Source: Schizochytrium sp. TIO01 (taxonomy: Eukaryota; Protista; Bigyra: Labyrinthulomycetes). Taken from it: a DNA stretch of 64,000 bases. The DNA is taken from assembly GCA_004764695.1 (NCBI GenBank), contig SMSO01000007.1, positions 2,115,270 to 2,179,269 on the forward strand, in the 5' to 3' direction. Below, piece after piece: positions 27,088 to 40,800 of this stretch. Position 1 is the stretch's first letter, and each line of letters starts with the position of its first letter. The notes beneath the pieces are model-generated. The model did no database searches. It had not been told where the DNA came from and was given only the letters and a program-made list of their open reading frames with translations. Made by a program: the position numbers and the translations under genes.

Positions 27088-27222
27088 ATGAATGAATGAA
27101 TGAATGAATGAATGAATGAATGAATGAATGAATGAATGAATGAATGAATGGAATCAATCGATGAATCAAATCAATGAATCAATCAATGAATCAATGTATC
27201 AATGAAATCAACCAATTCATGA
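27088..27222 (+). repeat. (GAAT)n microsatellite degenerating into (CAAT/GAAT)
   Basis: Directly visible. Confidence 0.92.
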
Positions 27223-27617
27223 ACGCAGACCGCCTCCGAAGAGAGAGAAGGCTGCACCCAAACGGCCCAGGCCACCGCCCAGACTCGGTCTCGCGCGAGC
27301 CGGGGCCGCCAGGAATCCGCCCCGGGCGCCTGACTCCGCGCGATAGGCTTAAGCTGGCGCATCTGCCCCGACCAGGAGTGTGCCGCGAGTGCTGGCGCCG
27401 CTCTCTCTCTCTCTCTCCCTCTGTCTCTCTGTCTCTGTCTGCCTCACTCACTGTGTGTGACTCTCTCGATATCTCTCTATCTATCTATCTATCTATATGT
27501 ATGTATGTATGTATATATCTCCCAAGTGTCTCGCGGACGCTCGTGCAGAAGGGCCTGAACCATAGTCCACAGAGTGCTCTGGTAGGAGCATTCTAATCTA
27601 TTCCTAATTCACTTTGT

Positions 27618-27845
27618 TCCTTCATTTATTCATTCATTCATTCCTTCATTTATTCATTTATTCATTTATTCATTTATTCATTTATTCATTCATTCATTCC
27701 TTCATTTATTCATTATTCATTTATTCATTTATTCATTTATTCATTTATTCATTTATTCATTTATTCATTTATTCATTATTCATTCATTCATTCATTCATT
27801 ATTTCATTATTTCATTCATTATTTCATTCATTCATTATTTCATTC
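27618..27845 (+). repeat. (ATTC/ATTT)n compound microsatellite
   Basis: Directly visible. Confidence 0.92.
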
Positions 27846-30800
27846 CTTGAAGCTTTCGTTCAATCATTCTCAATCGGGAATTCCTTTCAATTATTCATTC
27901 ATTCCTTGGCATGTAGGACATGAACTCCCTACGTTGAGGTATTTGTTGTTACCTCGTACCTGCGACCATGGGATGTTGTAGGTAGAATGCAGAGCAGTCT
28001 TACGGGTGCTAGGTTAAAACTTCGAACCTGGGTGAAAAACTCAAGTCGAGACAATGGCTCGATGGATGCAGGATCAAGAGCACTCGGGGAAGAAGCGGAT
28101 TACTCTCTACAGCGAAGCGATGCGTAGACTCGGGTTAATTCTTATTCTCGGGAGGGGCTTTCGAAGAACGTGAGGATGCACTGGCGCGAGGAGAGCAGCG
28201 ATCTTGAAATAATCCTGAAACTTCGTTCTCCTCTCCATTTCTTTCATCTGTTTATGATCAAAAAAAGAAATAGTAAATTAATAATTGAAATAAATGAAAC
28301 AACTTTGCATGAGTTAGTTAGTTATGAACGATAAACAATTACTTTCGTGGTTCCCAGCAGGTTCCGAATTAGATCTGAGAGATTCTTAGTATCAATCGCT
28401 CTCTTCTCTTCTCTTCTCTTCTTCTTCAAGCTGCGAGGCAGAGCTCTCCACAGACAATAGGCTCAGTGGTGGGAAAGCGAGGCCCTTTTGGCCTTCCTCT
28501 GGTGCCGCCACTCTTTCAGCTAGTCTAGCCAAGCAACGAATATGCAGAAGGAGTGCCATAGTCGTTGTAGTTTCTGACGAACTGATTCATCCGTCCACTG
28601 GTTTCTTCATAGTTAGTTGTTGGAAATCGGAATTGTTGTTGGAAATTCGAGTGATCGAAACAGAGGGGAATAGGAAATAAATAAGAAAGAAAGAAAGAAA
28701 GAAAGAAGGCACAGTGTTGGTTGTTGTGAGGTGGCTCTGCCCTCTTAGTAAGAACACCCATCCAGTCAAGTTCATGTGGCAAGCAAGGGAGGAATCGCGC
28801 TTCTTGAGGAGCCTTTCCATCGCATCCGTCACGAAAGGTGGGTATGTCACGCGAAGGGGCCAAGTTGTTGTGGCTTTCCATCCATCTGTGTACAGATTTA
28901 AAGTACCAACTGGGTGCCTCTTACCTCCTTAGTGTGCAGTTTTTCTCTCGTGCTCTACCTGTTTGGCTTGACTGACTGCTGCTGTACTTTCTCGCTTTAA
29001 AAGAATCACAGCAGATCTTTTTTCTTGTCTTTTCCTTTTTTGTTTTTCATTTATTTTTCGAATTAAATGTTCTTTCCCTCAGATTTTCAAAATAAAACGA
29101 ACAGGAAGCGGAGAGGAGACTAGCGCAGAAGATTTTTGGTTTAATAATACAAGAGCTGCACAATAGCAAATGGGAGAAAAGGAATAATATACAATAGGTA
29201 TAACACCATTTAGTTCTTCGATTTTGGAAAATTGAAAGAGAACGCGGAGCAATTGATGGACCAGAAGAAAAAGGCGACAAAGTTAGCCAATCGATTGCAC
29301 GTCTCGTTAGTTTCACCCCTTTGAATGGCCACAGCAACGTCACATTAGGTGTTCTTCTCATAAATCCTCCCTTGGAGCCATCGTCATTACATCGAGCGAT
29401 GCGTTGCGCTTCTCATCAAATCGGTAGGTAGGCAGTTTTGTTTCTTTTACTCGTGGCAACAATAAGAACAACATCGCATTTTTTCATACCCACTTTGTTC
29501 CTTTCACAAAGGAGGCACCGATCGATCTCGTCGATAGAGATTACATTATTTACTTACTTTTACTTATTTTATTTATTTGCTTCATATTCTCAGTGCACAA
29601 TAAAGGCAGTCAGCGCGGAGACAGAGGCAGAAAAAAGCGCAGAGGCACCTCTGCATGTGGTGGCTAGCTTCCTAAGGCGAACCTACTGCTTCGCCTGCTC
29701 GTGCTGGTGCTTCTCGAGAGGAACCAGACAGGCCTCCTGACTGTGCATGCGTGCGATATGAAGGCCTGAGTCTGCTGGGAAACAATATTTATTCTTGCTG
29801 TTCGTTCCTACTTGGCACTGCTAAATATTGCTTATTTTTTAATAACAAATGTTTTTTAGCTTTTTAGGCTGGTTTTTTAGGTTTTTTCCCTTCAAGTTCT
29901 TTTCCCTCAAGCTCGTCTTCAATATTAAAGAAGCTTAAGAAAGTAAAGTATAGTGAAGATAGAAAGGATGTGCCAGAAAGACGGAGACAGACAGACAGAC
30001 AGACAGACTGCAAAAGCGAGCGAAGAGGACGCAGGCCAAGCGAGAGGGGCGCGAAAAAAGGCCCTCGCCGCGGCCTGGCGGGGAAGGGAGGACGTGATCG
30101 AGTGCGACTACGCAGGGACCTTTTCTTCGCTGGCTGCTCACGAGCCGAGGCTTGAAGACGGGCGATCCGCCTGTTGTGCGTTTGGACGAGCACTCTTTGC
30201 ATACATCCCACTTCCAATATGTCGTTTGCCCTCTCCTCGTGATCGTCACTTTCCTCTTTCTCTTTCTTTCATTCACTGTTGAAAGAAAGCTGCGACGAGA
30301 GAATCTCTTCTTCTTCTTCTTCTTTTTTTTGCAATTTCGTTTGGTGGTTTTTTAAATAAATGGTTGCTCCTTTTCATTTTTCATTTCATTCTTCTCTTCA
30401 TTTCGAGATGTGAAAGAAAGACTGACTGACTTGAGTGATTTTATGGAACGATTAGGTGCAATGAACTCGGGGAAGAAAGATGGCAAAGGACAGCAGACTC
30501 TACCAGCTTCAAAATGCCCGCGCAGAACAAATATCGGCGGCGCGGCTCCAAATGTATTTGGGCGGGTAGAAACAAGCAAGTGGACTCGCAGATGGACCGC
30601 GTGTAACTTCTGCGAAATATGGAAATACCGCATGTACTCTAACTAGCTATATACGCAGGCTCTCGAGGAAATGAAGGAATGCATGGGACCGTTGTATTAT
30701 TCTGTTTTATGAAATTACAACAGACACAGATAAAAGCTTTTCTTTTCTTTTTCCTTTTCAACTAAATGATGTCTCTTATTGTGCCTTTCTGTTTTTTTTT

Positions 30801-33800
30801 TTGTTTTTTTTTAATATATAGATAATAATTAAATCCTAAATAACTTCTTCGTTTTAGAAACTCACTGTGTGCTTATCTGATGCAAGCAAAAAGGTCTTTC
30901 ATCGCTTCTAAAAGTGTTTTTCCTCTCTTTTCTTGTCGAGAAACTAAAAACATTTTTTAGAGTCTATCTTTGGAAAGAAAAAAAAAAAGACTTTTAAAAA
31001 ACCTTATTTAAAAAACAAAAACTTTAAATTTGTTATTAATTTATTTCGTGTAAGATAAATGACGGTATGCAACAAACAAGCACTAAGTGTTTTCGTTTTG
31101 GCTTTCTCCGGAGATATTCTGCGGCAATTTGAGCACATGCCTGAGCCTGATCCTGCTAAGCCTCCCGTTAGGACTTCCCAACAGTCGCCTGGTCTCCTCT
31201 TTCGCGTGCTTGGCTTCGCTTGGCTTGGCTTGGCTTGGTCCTTCGCTGATTCCTTGAAGGCCTCGCTCCAATGCGTTGCTGCTGCTGTTTATCGCTCGAA
31301 AGAAAGAGATTGTTGCACGCAGCTCGAGTCGACGGCAGCTTTTGCATGGCAGGCATGCTGCATAGTCTGCGACGTTTTATAGAGAAGCTCCGTAGTTTGT
31401 TTGTTGCCCATCGCCGCTATTATAGGGGTTAACGTCGATGCGCAATGAACATCTTCAACCAAAATAACGAGGAGCTGCTTTCCGAAGAATACGCAGCTTC
31501 GGCTTATCTTGCTTGCGGCGCCTTACTCGCTGACCCACACACACACACAGACAGGCAGACAGACGGACGTACGTACCGGCGTATGGAAGCGTCACTCGAG
31601 ACGTGGAGAAGAAGTTAGTTCTTGGGGAAATCTTGCCCGGCTTCACGCACCGCTCTCAGTGATTTCCGAAGTTTGTTTGCGGTGTTGGACTTTCTGGAGT
31701 TACTAATCCGTACAGCGAACAAAAGAAGACCAAACCAAAGAGAGAACTCGCGCGCGTGCGTGCAAGAATAGAAATCTTTACACACAGAACAGAGCAAACA
31801 GCAAAATGGCAGCGCCCTCGCTCGTCACTACGCCGTACTGCTCCTGTTCGTGCAGTCAGTCAGTTCTTGAAATAGGAAGCAGCGACGAAGAATGCTGCCT
31901 GCGGAATGATGAATGCCCGGCGACCATGAAATCAACGAATGGAGCAAAGGCATGCATGCACGTATGTCTGTAAGTCTTAATTAACTCGAGCAAATGGTTC
32001 TTAGAGTTCCCGACCTCCAAAGTGCCCCGAGTCGGTCAGGATGTCTGAAATCACAGGTGTGGTCAGGTAATTTACTATTTGCTCTACGGAATACGCGCCG
32101 TCCCCGACTCTCTCTCTCTCTCTCTCTCTCTCATTCTCTCTCTCTCTGGGCCAAGTTTATAAAGCCTTTGCTTTCCTTACAGAATGCCGCAGCGAGTTTT
32201 TCAACGAATATCTCGGCACGGATCAATCTGCAACAAAATCAATCTGCAACAAACAGACTGCGCTGTCGAGTTCTTTCTTGAGGCGGGCTCATCTCACACC
32301 CAGCGCATGACCCTGGGGACGCACGAAAGACTTACTTCCCTGCGATTCCGTCGTCAAGTTCAAGCAACAGCAGATTTAGTTAGGGCCCCGTCTTGAAGGG
32401 AGTTGAGTCGTCGCCGCCGGGAGACGCATAGAACTCACTCCAAATCTGGGAGGCTCAGAGGGACTTGGGCAGTTTCTGCGTCAAGTTGCCTTCATGCAAA
32501 TGCGTTCTACGCAGTAGCACTGATTTCCTACGGCCAGGAAGAAGAGTCGCCAAAACTGCCTTGCAGCGTTGGGATGTAGGCTGGTAGCACCTTTTATTTT
32601 TGTAGAAAGAACATTTGGGGAGGGCCAGCCAAGTAAAGAAAGACAAGGTGAAGGTTCCTCTTCTATTGTTCGATTATCTCGATTGCTTGCGCTGTTTACG
32701 TATAATGGATCCATCTGATATATCTTAGGTGCTACCTAGTAATAATAAAGTGTCCGAGCATGTCAGTTTACCAGTTTACAATACGTAGAAGGCTCAAGAA
32801 GCCACCAGTCAAGTGAAAGCTTCGTTGAATGGTTGGCCGTAGAGAGGCAGATAGATATGTATCGGCCTACGTACCCGTTCTTCAGAATGCTACAAGCAGG
32901 AGGCTGGTATTATGAGGCAGCGCCTCTTCTGGGCGAGCCTGTGCTTGTAAAGTCGCGATTTGTGAGGGACCTACTCAGCCAGGCGCTCGCTCACTCTCTA
33001 CGCAACGGCCGCATTGTTGCCAACAAGCGCACCCAAATTGAGCGCTGGAGAACTAGTAGATAATAAATTAATTGAGTAATTAATTCTCGAAATGTTAATT
33101 AATGTAAGTATTTGAAGCATTGTACAGAGAATTACAGGCAGGTTCATTTCGAGGCCTCGGGACTGGGTGTGATGAAGACTAACGCTGGAGAAAACGCAAA
33201 GGGTTCTGAATCAAAATCTCAGACTCGAAGCTTTGGAAAAGGATCCCTTTGAATGAGAGGGGATTCTTTGGCTGATACAACTGTAATTTAATAAAGTAAC
33301 ACTCATGATTGGCAGGTACGCAAGGCCAAGTAACGCTCAGTTAGCAAGACCACTTTCACAACTGCCATGTAATACATATGAACAACACTAGAACACAGAA
33401 GAATACACTAGGCTCGCGTCAAGCTCTTTGGGGCATCAGTTACACATCATTCTAAACGCTAGGTACCTCTACTTAGTGTCCTTCCTTCTACTGCGCTGTT
33501 TCTTTTCTGAAGTGCCTTCCGCTTAAAGAATGGGTATGGAGAGTAAAAAACTCATATAGATGCCATGGCTCCTGCAATCGGAATGCAACCTTAAAGTTGA
33601 CTCAGGTACCTTTCGAGCCGCATAAAGGAAACTGCCTTTGTGCATGGTTTGATTGATTTCTCAACATTAGTTTTGAGTAATATACCTTTAATTAAGATTT
33701 CGTTCGAGTTTCTTTTAAGATGTAATTTTTGAAGGGTGAAAAACAGCACAAACTAATGACATGACCAACTTTAATAATGGTTTTTGTGACTAGAAGGTAA

Positions 33801-34251
33801 AGCAAAGTAAGAATGTTTTGTAGCCTGGTGAAAACTTTAAAAAGAAAATATCTCAGCCTCTAGAATTCAGAATTCCTATATCCAATTCAGGTGCTTGTTC
33901 ATGTAAAAAGAGGACTGTCGAAAAAAATTTGCAGATACAGGAACAGCCCGCTGAATAGCAAACTTGACGATAAACTTCATCAGGGAAAACCTCAATGTGA
34001 CTTTCATCTGTGTTTATCATCGACGAGACTCCTCGATCAATCAGCTGGTTTATTTAATTTACAACAAGACAACCACCTAAATGTGCTTTCCTGCTTATTT
34101 GCTTGATTGCTTGCCTAACGACAACGAAGGTAAAGAAAGCTTAGTTCGTGGACACCTAAATCTCTAACTACCCGAATGAGTCCTCTATTTTTTTTAATGA
34201 AAAACCGCGCGGTACGTTGACGTACTGGTTTTGTTTGGTTAACATTTCGAG

Positions 34252-34569
34252 ATGATGCGTGAATGGAATCATCCTACAAAATTAAAAACTGTAAGAAAGA
34301 CTCCCGATGGCAATTGTTCATATTGCTCTTCTGCACTTGGTTTAGTTTCCAACAGCGATAGAGCTCAAATTTCACGGCACATCTGTCTACAGAAGAAAAC
34401 AGCAAACAGCAGCAAACTGGGTACCAGCTGTCATATTCCTCAGCAACTGCATGTATCGTTATGCCATAAAACTCCGCTGCTGCTGTTGGATCCTGCCTAC
34501 GATCTAGCTGCAGAGCTCTTTTATAGAATGGCCTTTTCAATTATAGTGCAAATGCAAGCCTGCTTTTGA
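34252..34569 (+). pseudogene. Possible decayed OTU-like cysteine protease fragment
   Basis: VRKTPDGNCSYCSSALGL resembles the OTU catalytic motif (x-P-x-DGNC-L-F/Y-x-A/S); the rest is not recognisable. Confidence 0.25.
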
Positions 34570-37236
34570 CATGTCGCTCAGCATCTTGGACATGCGATAG
34601 GCAAAATGTGCATCTTGGATTTCGCTACGAGAGCGTTATTGCCATGGCTTACCACTATATCTGCGGCAGCGGCAGTGCCTCTCTCATCGCTTCTTCATGA
34701 TCGATTTGCAATAGCTTCAAAGCTGCCTGCGGCTACGAGGCCATCAGCGCGTCAGGCCGCCAGTCATACTTAGGTACTATGATGCTTCAAACGGAGATGA
34801 CGGAGTTCTGGGGGGAGCACCCCTCTTCCTAGTGTCTGTAATCCTTCCATCTCTATCTTTTCTCTTTTCTTTTTTCTTTTCTAAAAAATAACCGTAAGAT
34901 TCGTTTTATCACTATTATTCTTTGGAAAGTTTCTCTCCCCCTCTTTGACTATAAAAGAGAATACATTTTAACAACGCTGTTCTAAGCTGCTTATTTATCA
35001 TTTGCTACAGCCAATCATAGCACCTGCTAATACTCAACTAATTCTTGGAGTCAGCATCAAAACTTGACCAAAGAAAAACTCGTCCCTTTCTTTTAGTTAA
35101 AAGGTTTTATCATTATTATCCAAACATGTTTGTTTAAGTTTATTTACATTGCGAGCGAGTTCTTAAAAATAGTTCAAATAATAATATTTTGATTTTAAAA
35201 TAAACAAATTTAAACAAATCAGACCTACATTTTATTTTAGCTATTTTAAAAAATAAATAATAATCTCTATCATTCTTTCCGATGCTGGAAGACAAAAGCA
35301 CGTGTCATCTGCACTTTAAAGAACTTTTATATGCTAATTACATTAAAGTGTTCCGAAAATAGAACGGGTTCCCTTACATAAGCTTTTTTGCATCGTTTTG
35401 TGTTTAGCAGATGTGGTACACAGTAAAGTTTTTGTGTGGAAGACCTAAATCAAGATGGCAATTCCAGGAAGTACTCGAACGGAACACAGCAGTCTGGAGC
35501 TAGCTAGCTCTTCTGGTAATCTCTGCATCAGAGCAGGCCCGAAGCTAGGGGTTCACCAGATAAAGGGAGAATGTTTGACCACTTTTTAATCGTGATTCCT
35601 GGAAACCCTTGGAAGCGGACACAAAGAACAAGGATGCTTTGGTGTAATATCAAGAACCTTCTTTCTTTCTTTTTTTTCTTTCTTTTTTTAAAAATATATA
35701 GAATAAAGATAGAAAGGACAAATAGCTATACGTGTACCTGTCTTTAATGTTTCAATTAAAAATTCATCATAAATATTTATGACCCTGGTACTTAAAGTTA
35801 CGACGATAGGCGCTACTGCCGTTCGCATTATAGCTTAAGACATGGAAGATTATGTGAATGACAGAGTTGTCGTTCTCTCCATGCTTGCTAGTCAGTTCCA
35901 TGCCACATCAGCCATGCTCACTCTCAGTTGGAGCGGCCCGCTCGCGCGTGCCTTCTCCGACGGAGTTATCAAACAGACTTTCTTGCAGCCTACTAACTTT
36001 CTGATGAGCCGCTAGAAAGAGAAATCAAACTTCTTCACAGACAAGCATCCGCAAAGGAGATCATCTTCTTTCCTTTCATTTCCTCCAAGTTTTCTTTTTT
36101 ATAGCAGTTGGTATAATCGCGTTCTAATAAAGCGAAGCGGCGCTTTCTTGAAGCTAATATCATCTTTCCTCAAATCCCCACCTCCGCATCGCCAAACAGC
36201 CAAACAAAGGCTTCACGCTGGTGTCCGCACGTTCAAATAAGTGCTTCCTTCCTCTCTTTTCTCAGTGGCTCTTCCTGGAGTTGCTACCATAGTGCGAAAA
36301 GGGTCTGAGGTATTTTTCCTTTTACTCTTTTTAATAAAAGTTGAAGTCTTTTAGCTCAAGCGAAAACAATCGAGCTCTCATAGCGTTGAAGTGATTGCCG
36401 TGGCGCAGGAAAGATCCATCCGAAGAGCACTGGCGAATCGTATTCAGTGAGCGACGGCAGTCGATTACAGATATCATGTCACCGCGGACGCAGCCTATCA
36501 CACGATGTTCGCCTTCGTCGGTGGCGAGAACGAGCTCCAAGAGCTCTTTCTCTCTGTGTGTCCCAGTGTGAAATAAAAACATCAATAATTATGATTGGTG
36601 GTTTACTTTTAATTGAATTAGAAGAAGAATAAGAAGAAGAAGAAGAAGAAGAAAGAGAAGAAAACAACTTATAGTGTATGTTTTGTTTAAGATCAAGTTT
36701 TTAAAGTAAACTTAAACTAGCTTTACCCATATTGTAGTGCATCGTAGGAACCACCGCTGTTTGTTTTCAAGTTTCCTCGAACTGTAGGTACCTAATAAGC
36801 ATTGCAGTTGTTGGAAAGCCTCTTTGCGGAGGCAGCTTTGGGGGGGGGCTTGTGAGGGCAGATGTCTGAGCATCTCAAGCTCAAAGTCAGGCCGCGCGGA
36901 GACACCTCGGCACGCGGCGAGGCAAAGAGGCGGAGGGCGAGGAGGCAAAGAGTCGGGCGGGTTTCCCGACAGGCTCCAACCAGTCTGTCAGTCTGTCAGT
37001 CTGTCAGTCCGAGTGCCAGGGAGGGATTCGCAGCCCGCCCGACCAGGTCTCAAGGCACAGCCGCCAGGTCTCGCGCACTTACGACTACTTGGAAGCACAG
37101 CAGGAGACCTGGGAAGAGAACGCAGAACGGAACGCTCCGCAGCTGCTAGCTAGGGTCAGCTAGCTAGCTAGCCAGGCGTAGCTGCTGCTTAGCGAATCAA
37201 AGCAGACGCTGTCGATCTTTCTTTGAAGCGACGCGG

Positions 37237-37276
<40 letters not shown>

Positions 37277-37821
37277 GCTAGGTAGTCAGAGGGATGAGAG
37301 TTAAATCTTCCTCTTTTGGGTTGTGAAAAACGCAGGCCAAGAGGATTGATTCATTACTGGTACTGCATGAGTAGTTAAAAGAGGGCCTGTTCCTTTTCTT
37401 CTTTGAATTAAAGTTGACTCAAGAAAGAATGAAAGAATGAAAGAAAGAATGAATGAAAGAATGAATGATAGAAAGAAGCGGACTATGGAGGGCTCTCAGG
37501 TTGGCTGATTGATCGATTGCGCCATTGTAATGGCTTTGGCGGTGGTTTGTTGTTGCGCAGTGGGAGCGCGATGGGGGCAAACAGGACGTAGTAGGGTTGT
37601 TGGGGCGGCTGTTGGGGTTTCATTCATTGCTCGCCTGTTTTGATTCTTTAGTGCTGAGACTACGACTTGCCAAATTGCTTGCGGTTGTTGAGAAAAGGAG
37701 AGGGTTTGTTGGGAATGGTGTACTCGTCGAAGGAATAAAATTTGGCGAGTGAAACTAAATCATCTCGGATTACTCAGATTGGCTTGCCATGTGTGTTTGT
37801 TTATAGACCGAAGCCTTCCTT

Positions 37822-37880
37822 GATTCCTTGCCACGAGGGTTTCAGAGATCCCTTGCCACGAGGGTTTCAGAGATTCCTTG
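37822..37880 (+). repeat. 25-bp tandem duplication GAT(T/C)CCTTGCCACGAGGGTTTCAGA x2.4
   Basis: 37822-37846, 37847-37871, partial 37872-37880. Confidence 0.9.
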
Positions 37881-40800
37881 TTATATGTATATGTATATAT
37901 GTATAAGACTATATCGCAGGTGTTTGTGTTCTTCTTGAAGAGCTTAATCGGTGGCCGTTTGTGTCTTCGTAACTTGTGCGATTGGAGGGCATTCAGAGAG
38001 GTATGCTATTTTATTGATTTATGAAAGGAAACTTGAACCAAAGTGCAACTCAGTAGGTACCTAATTCTATGAAATTTAGCTTGAAGTTCAACTTCAAAAC
38101 AATTACTATGAAGCATGTGTAAGGCCCATCTTTACACAATGTGGAATTGGGATAAATAGAATAAAATGGGGGCAGCTTGCCAAACTTTCTTTACGCTTCC
38201 GCTCAAGCACGACCCCTTCTCTTTAGAGATTGCTCTACATTTAGAAACCCTATGTTGACAAGAGACCAACGCCAAATCTAGGAGGTTCTGTGGCGGTTCT
38301 CAAGTGGTTCTTTTAGCTTCTTGGGAGAGCTGCGGTACGCTCTTTTATTTTATTTTATTTTTTCAATTTCATTTTTAAAATGAAATTGATTGTAGAAATT
38401 TTTTAATAGTTAAAACTAGATATATGTGTTTAATTAAAAATAAAATTAAAAAATATGAAGGTAAAGAGCAATGTTTCGAATATCTTTCTTCTTACTGTAT
38501 ATTTATTTATTTATTTTAAAGCTATCTGTACCATAATGAAATGAATGTCTTGCGAATGTCATGCGAACCTAACAATGAGAAGGCCTGGCGGGTCCGTAGC
38601 TTACCCCCCCCCCTCCCACCCACCCCAATAAACTAAAAGCAAATATCTTGCGATTGCAATGCCGATTCTTCAGCTCTCGGCTCTTATTAGTCCTCAGTGC
38701 GATGCTATTGTCAAACAAGCTTTTTGTGAGGACGCTGTAGCAGTGTTTCACAACTCATCACATGTCCCTTTCTTTCCCAAGACTAGTACTCCCACGTTTT
38801 CACTGTTCTTCTGCATCAACTATTTTGTATGTTCCCAGGATGTAATATTATTTGTACAAAGAGTGTCATCCAAAATGAAGATTACAGTCCTGTTAGTTCT
38901 CACTATGAAAGTCTTCGATATATGCCAGCCAAAAAGCCCAAAAGAATGCATCCCTTTCAATTCTGGAAACCTCGAAAGCTGGCGTTGAAACGTTCAATTT
39001 TTAGGTATAGCGCCCTGCAAATGAACAGTTTCTTCAAGATACCTAATTCGCATTTCTGCATTAAGATACACTTTCGTTCATAATCGGTAATTGCGGAGCA
39101 AATGGTATATAACAATTGACGGGAAAAACTCTCAAGACTCGAGACTCCATTGCTAAAAGCTAAAGACCTTGTATTGGTTACGCAACTAAAAAGCAATTAT
39201 GTTATACCTGATCGCCACCAACTTGTGCACGTTCAATTTTATGAATCCAAGTTCCTCCTAGCTGCTTCTCCTAGCTGCTTCTCCTAGACATTTTTTTCTT
39301 CCTGTGCCACAGTGTCAGGTAATGACAGAAGGTACATATTATGCCCTCTATTTCTACTTCTTCGCAAACCTGGAATATCTGAAACAAATCATAGTTATGG
39401 GAGTAGATCTTACTAGTTTGTGCTGAAGAGACCTTAAGCAATTTAGTTCTTGTGCTGAGTAAGTATTTACTCTTTTCTAAATGCCTGGTGGGCTGAGACA
39501 TGTCTATCCTTTTTCTCTAGGGACGGTTTTCACATTTAGATTATTTGAGCTAAAGTATCTGTACAGTTTAACGTCATTCTGAAGACTGACTATCTACGAT
39601 CTGCACTCAGCTTAATTTGAGAAAGACGCATTTGCAAGAATTTCCAAGAGATAGATTTTATAGCCTCGTGTCACATCAGGTTTGGGGGTTTAAAGAAAAA
39701 GATGTTATTTCTTATTTTGTCAATTCTTTAACACTTGCAAACGTAACTTCTGTGAGCTTGTTTCGATAGATTTAAAAAAATGCGATCAACGTTTGCAGCG
39801 AATGAACATATTATCATCTGTCTTTCAGGCTATTTGTCCTTTTAATTTATTTCTTTTTAAATTGGAATTTCCTCAAGGCTGCAGCCATCGGCAATACAAT
39901 CTCGTTTGCACGCGAATATACGTACCCATTTTTAACTTTACGCAGTAAATCGATTTGAAACCTAGTTTTCGTATGTGGCTTCCGATGTTTTGCAAAAACT
40001 ATAATCATTGACGTGAACACATGGAAAGAAGCTACCTTCTTGAGGCTTCTACTCCACATGTCATGCAGTTTATTATTGAATTTTCTGTTTCTTTTAAAAT
40101 GAAAATTTGGCTTTGCAAAGTATTCTAACTGCTTTGAATTTTAAGGCTTTCTAATGTTCAGTGCCTATACTTGAACCAAGCATAACTATTTAGGTCGCCA
40201 AAGTTTTATCATTTTTTAGATTGTTCCTCCACGAAACCCTTTACTTTAATTTCAAGAGAGTGAGATGGTCCCGCGTTGATAACCATCACGTTGGTGACAG
40301 GCTTTGCTTCTAGTTATAACCAAAGTCTCTACTATAAATGACAGTTACATATCACAAGAAGAACTTCGTACGCAGTTAATGATCTCTATTTACCTTTTAC
40401 TCGCTTCTACAAATTTAAATGCATCACGTAGCATTACAAAAACAAAAGAAATATTGGACACTTGATTTAATACGCTCTAAACTATGCTGTTAGATTTCCA
40501 AAAAGCCACAGCTTTCTAACAGAAAGTATTTGAGAGGAATCAAAATGAGTTTCTTTCAAAATGAGGGGAAAAGAACAAGCGAATACTGGCCAGTGGCGTC
40601 AATCAGCCTGGTGCTGCTGCTTAGGAGTTTCGCTTCTCTATGAGTCAGACTTCCAGCAAGCGTTTCCATGCGCTTTATTGATCAACGGCAAGGTGCCGAT
40701 ATAAGATTTGCTCAAAAACCCTTTGTAGTAACAGAAACGGGATTACACCAGCCACGACAACAGAACAGGGCTCGTTCAAAATGGTGCATCAGGCCCTGCA

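Noticed and set aside
28015-28040. Minus-strand CCAGGTTCGAA resembling a tRNA T-loop/B-box
   Set aside because: No T-stem closure or cloverleaf around it
37822-37880. 25-bp repeat as a CRISPR array
   Set aside because: Head-to-tail with no spacers, no cas genes, eukaryotic context
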